A stretch of DNA of 64,000 bases from the IMG/VR virus record IMGVR_UViG_3300038489_000010; one strand, 5' to 3'. The notes below the pieces were generated by a model that was not told the origin of the DNA, made no database searches, and was given only the letters and a program-made list of their open reading frames with translations. The position numbers and the translations under genes were made by a program. This document shows positions 58,112 through 64,000 of this stretch, in pieces. How positions within the stretch are numbered: position 1 is the first letter of the stretch; every line of letters starts with the position of its first letter. The stretch comes from an uncultured virus (IMG/VR IMGVR_UViG_3300038489_000010). Taxonomy: Duplodnaviria > Heunggongvirae > Uroviricota > Caudoviricetes.

Positions 58112-58534
58112 ATGGAAGAGGAAAAGAAAGTTGATCAATCTCTACTTGCCAAGGATATATCATCCAAGATTCCTATCGAGTTTCTTGAATATTTCCTTGT
58201 CAAGCCGATGGATAAGATCAAAGTAAAGAAGGAGTTTAGTAAACCGGTTCCTACAACAGGCAAGGCCAAAAAGGATAAAGATGGCGTAAAAGCTATTGAT
58301 TATGATAAAGTAGAAACCGAGGTAAAAGAAGTTGATTCTGATTATCGTGAAGGTATAGTTCTCAAAGTTCCTTATAACTATCAGCAATGGATGAAGGAAG
58401 AGAACCAAAGAACAATGCCAATCGAAGTAGGTGATTATATCATTTATAGAGACGCTGCAGCTAAGTTCTTTGATTTAATTAAAGATACACAATTAATTAA
58501 GCATTTTGATATAACTGGTAAAAAGACTGCATAA
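58112..58534 (+). CDS. GroES-like co-chaperonin
   Basis: FLVKPM..GIVLKVP..IEVGDYIIY..LIKHFDI pattern. Confidence 0.65.
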   Translation: MEEEKKVDQSLLAKDISSKIPIEFLEYFLVKPMDKIKVKKEFSKPVPTTGKAKKDKDGVKAIDYDKVETEVKEVDSDYREGIVLKVPYNYQQWMKEENQRTMPIEVGDYIIYRDAAAKFFDLIKDTQLIKHFDITGKKTA

Positions 58535-58752
58535 TGGATATAGATGACTTATGTAAACAAGTAACTAAAATAACTGGTAAAGATCCAGAATTAGTTAAAC
58601 AAATTGTTTCGTGGGTTTTTAAATATACAGCAGATGTCATGAAAGACCAAAATGATCAACGTGACATACTTTTTAATAAGTTATTCAAGTTTAAACTTAA
58701 AAATAGATTTAAGAATGAAAAAGCTGATAATAAAGAACGGCTACATGTTTGA
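58534..58752 (+). CDS. HU/IHF-like DNA-binding protein
   Basis: Two helices followed by DILFNKLFKFKLK. Confidence 0.55.
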   Translation: MDIDDLCKQVTKITGKDPELVKQIVSWVFKYTADVMKDQNDQRDILFNKLFKFKLKNRFKNEKADNKERLHV

Positions 58753-59068
58753 CATCGATACAGATGCAAACAAGTTACAAAAGATCTAGTGTGATGGAGG
58801 AGGAATTGATAGTGTTTATCTGATAGATGAAGAGCGTGATTTGTTCATTCAAGATAACGAAGATAATGTTACAGAGACACATGTTGTTCCAGGTGATATA
58901 ATCGTATCGTTCTATACAAATGATTTTCCAAATAAAGTCATTGTAGTGAAGTCAGATAAGTGGGTAGAGAATATTAAAACATTGAGAGCAAACGAGCAAA
59001 AGAAGAAGGAAGAGTGGGCATCTAAACAATTTGAAAACATACAGAAATGTCCTATAAATGAAGACTGA
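58715..59068 (+). CDS. Hypothetical protein (117 aa), one TAG=Gln
   Basis: ATG 58715 is in frame with 58841..59068 through one TAG. Confidence 0.7.
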
Positions 59069-59373
59069 TGCTCAGATTGCGAACAAGCATAATAAAAGAT
59101 ATGAAGAAGAAATATATTACAGTTGATTTAACAAATACTGTTACACCTTGGCAAGTAGTTGGTGCATTTGTTGATGCAAAAGTAGATAATGGTATTGCAA
59201 TCGAACCTTGGGAGCTTGAGGTATATAGCCATTGGAATTATCTCGCTGGAGTAAGAGACGGAAAGTCAATTGATGTAACATTACATATAATTGATAAAAA
59301 CGAGAATAAACCAACAAAGAAACAAAACATTTTTAAGAAATTTTGGAATTGGTTAACAGGTAAGAATAAGTAA
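59068..59373 (+). CDS. Hypothetical protein (start may be 59101)
   Basis: ORF ending KKFWNWLTGKNK. Confidence 0.65.
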   Translation: MLRLRTSIIKDMKKKYITVDLTNTVTPWQVVGAFVDAKVDNGIAIEPWELEVYSHWNYLAGVRDGKSIDVTLHIIDKNENKPTKKQNIFKKFWNWLTGKNK

Positions 59374-59449
59374 ACAGTATACGTGCTACTGTAAACGCAC
59401 GCACTATAAATACATAATTTGAATAATTATTATTATAAGTTAATATGGC

Positions 59450-59524
59450 AGAAGGTACTAGGCGGATCCTAGCGGCGTAAACTTCATGAATACAATGAAA
59501 GTGGTTTGACTCCACTACCTTCTA
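59450..59524 (+). ncRNA. Aberrant tRNA-like RNA
   Basis: AGAAGGT/ACCTTCT acceptor, CTAGG/CCTAG, TTCAT-GAATACA-ATGAA, AGTGG-TTTGACT-CCACT. Confidence 0.55.
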
Positions 59525-59634
59525 CGTTTGCCTTGATCAAGCACGTCCGTGTACGAAAACCACGTGGTCATAGGTTATCACTCCTACGAAAAGTGAATTT
59601 CGCCCCATGGTGTAATGGTAGCACAGGAGGCTCT

Positions 59635-60629
59635 TAAAGTAGTTCGATGATAAATAGAATGAATAATATGACAAATAAAATATATGAATGTTCAGATGAA
59701 CAATTTGAACAGTTAATTAAAGGTTCGACAAATATATCTGAAGTTTTATTCAAACTAGGATATTCGGTAAAAGGAAATTCTTGGGGTTTTTCACAAGTCA
59801 GAAGACGAATGGACGACCTTGGATTAACAATGAAAGATTTTAAAGGCAAGTCTGCAATATCTGAAGGAAATAATATAAAAAAAGTTACTGCAGAAGATTT
59901 ATTTAAACAAAACTGCAAACATACTAGAAACGTGTTGCGTAGATTTATAATAAATCACCATTTATTGCCATATAAATGCGCAATATGCGGATGCTCTGAG
60001 TGGAATGGAAAAACTCTAAGCCTAGAGTTGGATCATATAAATGGAATAAATAACGACAATCGTCTTGAAAATCTTAGATTTCTTTGTCCTAATTGTCATA
60101 GCCAGACAACAACATATGGTAGTAGAAATCAGCAGCTTAACGAATCGAAATATGAAATATCAGAAGATTTAAGAAAACTGGTTGAATCTACATATGAGAA
60201 AGAAAAAAGCGTTAAACGAACATCAGCTATACTTGGTATACGAAGATGTGTTGTGACGAAAATAGTTAACGAGTCTGGACAAAAACATTCTAATCGGCGA
60301 TATGTTATACGATACAATACTGATGGTACTGAAGCAGAAAGATATGGATGTTTAGCTGATGCTGCAAGGTGGCTTATAAATAATAATCTTGTCAAAACAT
60401 CTAAAATAGAAACTGCTAAAAGAACAATTAGATATAATGTAAATCGTAATAACACCTTTGCTGGGTTCAAATGGACTATATTGGATGGTTCTGGGATAAT
60501 AAATAATCCAGAATTAGAATCTTCTCTAATTGACTCGGAAAACAATGTTGACGAGGCGCAAGCGAAAGCAGCGTGACAGACTAAACGAGAAGACCGGTCT
60601 TAGGACTGGATGCAATAGTCGATCAAATG
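59635..60629 (+). mobile_element. Group I intron (995 nt) inside the suppressor tRNA anticodon
   Basis: Follows U and ends in G; P7 GACUA/UAGUC, P3 UUCUC/GAGAA, P8 CCGGUC/GACUGG. Confidence 0.88.
59647..60576 (+). CDS. Intron-encoded HNH homing endonuclease with NUMOD1-like C-terminal domain
   Basis: CAICG..LELDHINGINNDNRLENLRFLCPNCH; VIRYNTDG..YGCLADAARWL; no TAG. Confidence 0.92.
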   Translation: MINRMNNMTNKIYECSDEQFEQLIKGSTNISEVLFKLGYSVKGNSWGFSQVRRRMDDLGLTMKDFKGKSAISEGNNIKKVTAEDLFKQNCKHTRNVLRRFIINHHLLPYKCAICGCSEWNGKTLSLELDHINGINNDNRLENLRFLCPNCHSQTTTYGSRNQQLNESKYEISEDLRKLVESTYEKEKSVKRTSAILGIRRCVVTKIVNESGQKHSNRRYVIRYNTDGTEAERYGCLADAARWLINNNLVKTSKIETAKRTIRYNVNRNNTFAGFKWTILDGSGIINNPELESSLIDSENNVDEAQAKAA

Positions 60630-60688
60630 AACCCTCTTAGTGTGGGTTCGAATCCTACTGGGGAGACCAATACAAATCTAAAATAAAT

Positions 60689-61228
60689 ATGGAAGTTAAA
60701 TATAAAAGATTATCAGAAAAAGCTGTTGCTCCTACTAGAGCACACGTACAGGATGCAGGTTTTGATTTAACCTGTTCTCATATAACAACAGAGCTCAATG
60801 AATGTGGGCAATTGCTACTTGTGTATCATACAGATTTAGCTTTCGAAATACCAGATGGTTATTTCGGTTTACTTGTTCCAAGATCTTCTATTGCTAAGAA
60901 GAGTTTGAGAGCAACAAGCGCTGGAGTAATTGATTCAAACTACAGAGGAGAGGTTATACTAAAGATGGTTAGTACCACAGATGTTGTACCTGCTGTATTT
61001 AAGGAAGGAGAAAGATTTGCTCAGCTCCTCATCTTACCAGTCCCTCAAGTTGAATTTACTGAGTCACAGGAACTTAGTAAAACAGATCGAGGCGATGAGG
61101 GCTTTGGTTCGACTGGAAATAATGTTTTGGATAGCGCAGCTCAAGATAAACCTGTTACTATAGAAGCTTCAGAACAGGTTAATCAACAGCCAGCGGCTGG
61201 GCAAGAAGACCCTGAGGAAGCTAAGTAA
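60689..61228 (+). CDS. dut: Trimeric dUTPase
   Basis: AGFDL, PRSS, GVIDSNYRGE, AQL, RGDEGFGSTG. Confidence 0.95.
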   Translation: MEVKYKRLSEKAVAPTRAHVQDAGFDLTCSHITTELNECGQLLLVYHTDLAFEIPDGYFGLLVPRSSIAKKSLRATSAGVIDSNYRGEVILKMVSTTDVVPAVFKEGERFAQLLILPVPQVEFTESQELSKTDRGDEGFGSTGNNVLDSAAQDKPVTIEASEQVNQQPAAGQEDPEEAK

Positions 61229-61250
61229 TGCATGACTTAGGTTCATGTTT

Positions 61251-61280
61251 AAGAGGACACTCACAAGGTGTCCTCTTTTT
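61251..61280 (+). terminator. Intrinsic terminator
   Basis: AAGAGGACAC-TCACAAG-GTGTCCTCTT-TTT. Confidence 0.8.
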
Positions 61281-61307
61281 CTATTTATACTAATTAAAAT
61301 AATAAAT

Positions 61308-62051
61308 ATGTTAAAGAAAAAGATACTCGGTGCCAAGGTGTTAGATACAAATGGATATGTATAGGCAACGAGGCTTATAACACCAACAAATTTGGAAAGT
61401 GAAGCTGCTGAAATAAAACGTTTGTTTAACCAAGGTTCGTCTAAACCGTCACACTAGCTAGGTGATATATACAACGCAAATATGGTTGATATAGTAGCCA
61501 AAGCTGTATCTCAGGGCGATGCACAGCTTAATGATCAGGTTAATGCAGAGACAGCAGCTAGAAAAGAAGAGGATAATAAACTTAGCGAACGTATTAATTA
61601 GGAAATTAAGGATCGTAAATAGGCAATTGTTGATCTTGTTAATGGCGCACCAGAAGCTTTTGATACGTTAAAAGAAATAAGCGATTATATAGCCGAAGAT
61701 AAAGACTTTGCTGCAGCAATTGTTAATAGTTTAACAAAAGAAACAAATAGGGCAAAAAGTGCAGAAGAAGCTATTAGATCTCTAATAGAATCAACAGAAT
61801 TATCTATATTGCAAAAGGCAATAATTGGAATGCAGTCATCTTCTTATGATAAGAATACAAATACGTTAACTTAGACATTTGTTAGAGGTGATGGAACCAC
61901 TCTTGAATATACAATAAATTTAGGAGACGTTGTAGACTCCAATGATATTGAAAATTCAGATTCAACAACTATGCAATATAATAATGGAAAGATTTCTACA
62001 TCTGTAAATACTATAGGAGTAGATGATGTTGATACACTGTTTAATAATTAA
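61308..62051 (+). CDS. Fibre-like structural protein (247 aa), TAG=Gln
   Basis: LVNGAPEAFDTLKEISDYI fibre motif; frame open except for TAG. Confidence 0.75.
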
Positions 62052-62060
62052 TGATGTATT

Positions 62061-62339
62061 ATGGCATATTTAGATTACAAAGGTTTAACAGAACTTGTTT
62101 CAAAGATTAAAAGTATTAACTCTAATTTCGCAGCTTCTCTTAACAAAGAAATATCTGATAGGACATCTGCTATTAGTAATATTAATACAACTTTAGGAAA
62201 ACAGACTGTTGTAACGACTGACGCAACTGATACTGAAAGTGCAAAAGTTGCTTTTACTTATGCAACTGGAAACACAACGACTAAGACAGTCACTATAAAT
62301 GCTATCTCTAATTCTGAGATAGACTCTTTGTTTAACTAA
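62061..62339 (+). CDS. Small structural/fibre-associated protein
   Basis: MAYLDYKGL..ISNSEIDSLF pattern. Confidence 0.7.
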   Translation: MAYLDYKGLTELVSKIKSINSNFAASLNKEISDRTSAISNINTTLGKQTVVTTDATDTESAKVAFTYATGNTTTKTVTINAISNSEIDSLFN

Positions 62340-62364
62340 TTTATTAACTTTTTAAATTTAATAA

Positions 62365-63096
62365 ATGGACGAAAAAATTTATACAAGCGATTCTGCTTCA
62401 AATTTTAGTAATGGCGCTATGATGGGTGCTATGCTTGGTAAAGATAATGATAATGCGTTGGCTCTTGCTAATGGTGGTTTAAACAACTGGATGAACAATC
62501 CATTCGCTTACCTTATGTTTATGATGATTCCTGCTATTTGGGGCGGAAATGGATTTAATGGCAACAACAATGCTGTTAATGCTCAACTGCAGAGTTTGCA
62601 AACTTAGATCTCTGATAATCACAACAATGACCTGACAATGCAGGCTATTAATGGTAGTCATGCTGCTATTACTCAGCTTGCACAGACTTTGAATGTTGGT
62701 TTCGATCAGGTTCAGGGTGCAGTTAACCAGCTTGGTCAGCTGATGTAGGGTGGTATGAATAATGTTAATACATCTATTCTATCACAAGGTTATCAAAACC
62801 AACTTAATAATTGTAATCAGACTAATACAATCTTGATGCAGTCTCAGGCTCTTCAGAACACAATTCAGAATGAAGTCACTGCGCTTGGTTATCAGTCTGA
62901 GCGAAATAGTAGTGCTATACAGTAGGCCTCTACTGCTAACACTCAGAGAATTATTGACACGCTTAACAATCATTGGAATCTGGAGTAGCAAACAACTATT
63001 CAACAGCTCAGGGATGAGATCGGTCGTCTTAACCAGACAAACACTCTTATTTCTAGTCTGAAAGGTACTGCTACAGCAACTTCAACGGCTGCTTAA
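62365..63096 (+). CDS. Hypothetical N/Q/G-rich coiled-coil protein (243 aa), TAG=Gln
   Basis: Frame continues through TAGs to TAA at 63094-63096. Confidence 0.75.
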
Positions 63097-63172
63097 GCAT
63101 TATTAATTCATAATATAACCTCCTCTCGTTTATTTGACGAGAGGTTGTGTTATATTATCTAATATATATAAT

Positions 63173-64000
63173 ATGGATATTTTAGATAATACAGGAGTTG
63201 CTAGAGTTGCTAATATAGCTAATACAAGGGCTGATGCATTAACTTCTGGCATGGCTAATATTGTTACAGCGTTAGATAATATAACATCAACTTCTGCTGA
63301 TTTATAGAAAGAGATTTCTGACAGAAAAGCTGCTGATACAACAATATAGAACAGTATAAACGAAACTCTTACTAATACAAACAAACTTATTGAAAGCGCA
63401 AATTCTGCTATTGTTGATGCAAACGGCGCTATCGCATAGGCAAAAAATGTTAATGCAGTACTCGACAATGACATATTAACTGTTACAGACAGAGATAACA
63501 ATTCTAAGAGTATTTAGCTTCTTAGTAATTATGAGAATGTAACTGTAAATTTGTTTACAACAAAATCTAATATTGATATTGTTGGAACACAACTTAATGT
63601 TTATATTAATAATGATACTACTACTCCTATATAGTATAATGCTGATTCAAATGGTGTTGTAACATTTAGAATTGCTAAAGGCAATTATTATAAGATTGTA
63701 TTCCCAGATAAGGCAGGATGTGCACATATAGCACCAATTGGATATACCGCAAGTATTGATAAAAGGACAATTACAGTTGAATATAAAGATACTGATTCTG
63801 GAATAGAAGAAATCCACGTTCTTACAAGGCTGTTTTCAACAGCAAGTACAAATGTCGCTATAGCAGCAGGATATTAGTGTACATTAACAATGGATGGCGC
63901 TACAACAACATTTAAGACTAATGAAAATGGAGAGTATGTATTCAAAGCCGAATATGGAAAAGAACTAACTATTACTGCTAGTGATTAGAATGATAAGAAA
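63173..64000 (+). CDS. Partial putative tail/structural protein, TAG=Gln
   Basis: ATG 63173 MDILDNTGVARVAN...; frame open to the window end except for TAG. Confidence 0.7.

Larger units (their letters stand above)
59601..60669 (+). tRNA. Amber suppressor tRNA(CUA), probably Gln; exons 59601-59634 and 60630-60669
   Basis: Spliced arm GGAGG-CTCT|AAC-CCTCT gives anticodon CUA; D region TGGTGTAATGGTAGCAC is identical to the phage tRNA-Gln(UUG); encoded CCA. Confidence 0.9.

Noticed and set aside
60670..60690. Theta (HDV-like) ribozyme 3' of the suppressor tRNA
   Set aside because: Only 19 AT-rich nt precede dut, and CCA is already encoded
1..64000. CRISPR array, DGR or integrase
   Set aside because: No regularly spaced repeats, reverse transcriptase or recombinase motifs were seen

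Overview
This is a segment of a crAss-like (Crassvirales) Bacteroidota phage genome that uses two compatible genetic codes. The + strand block 1-26489 and the genes from about 56475 onward are broken by in-frame TAG codons and only read as long ORFs if TAG=Gln (code 15). They include a 5424-aa virion RNA polymerase polyprotein (DFDID motif) and a 2448-aa cargo protein. The - strand replication/early block (26573-56491: PolB, DnaB, primase, Sak4-like ATPase, nucleases, ECF sigma) has no internal TAG. The main novelty is in the RNA layer. (1) The amber-suppressor tRNA(CUA) is split inside its anticodon by a compact group I intron carrying an HNH homing endonuclease. (2) There is a circularly permuted (two-piece) tmRNA with a non-canonical tag. 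(3) There are several aberrant tRNA-like RNAs and a pseudoknotted hammerhead ribozyme. (4) A second, ORF-less group I intron sits in a Walker A motif. (5) A ~2.2 kb non-coding structured region is unexplained. (6) Divergent ECF-type promoters face the recoded genes. Many phage proteins end in ssrA-like AA termini. All calls were made by eye without database searches. The long recoded frames were inferred from frame-consistent ORF fragments plus spot checks, not codon by codon.
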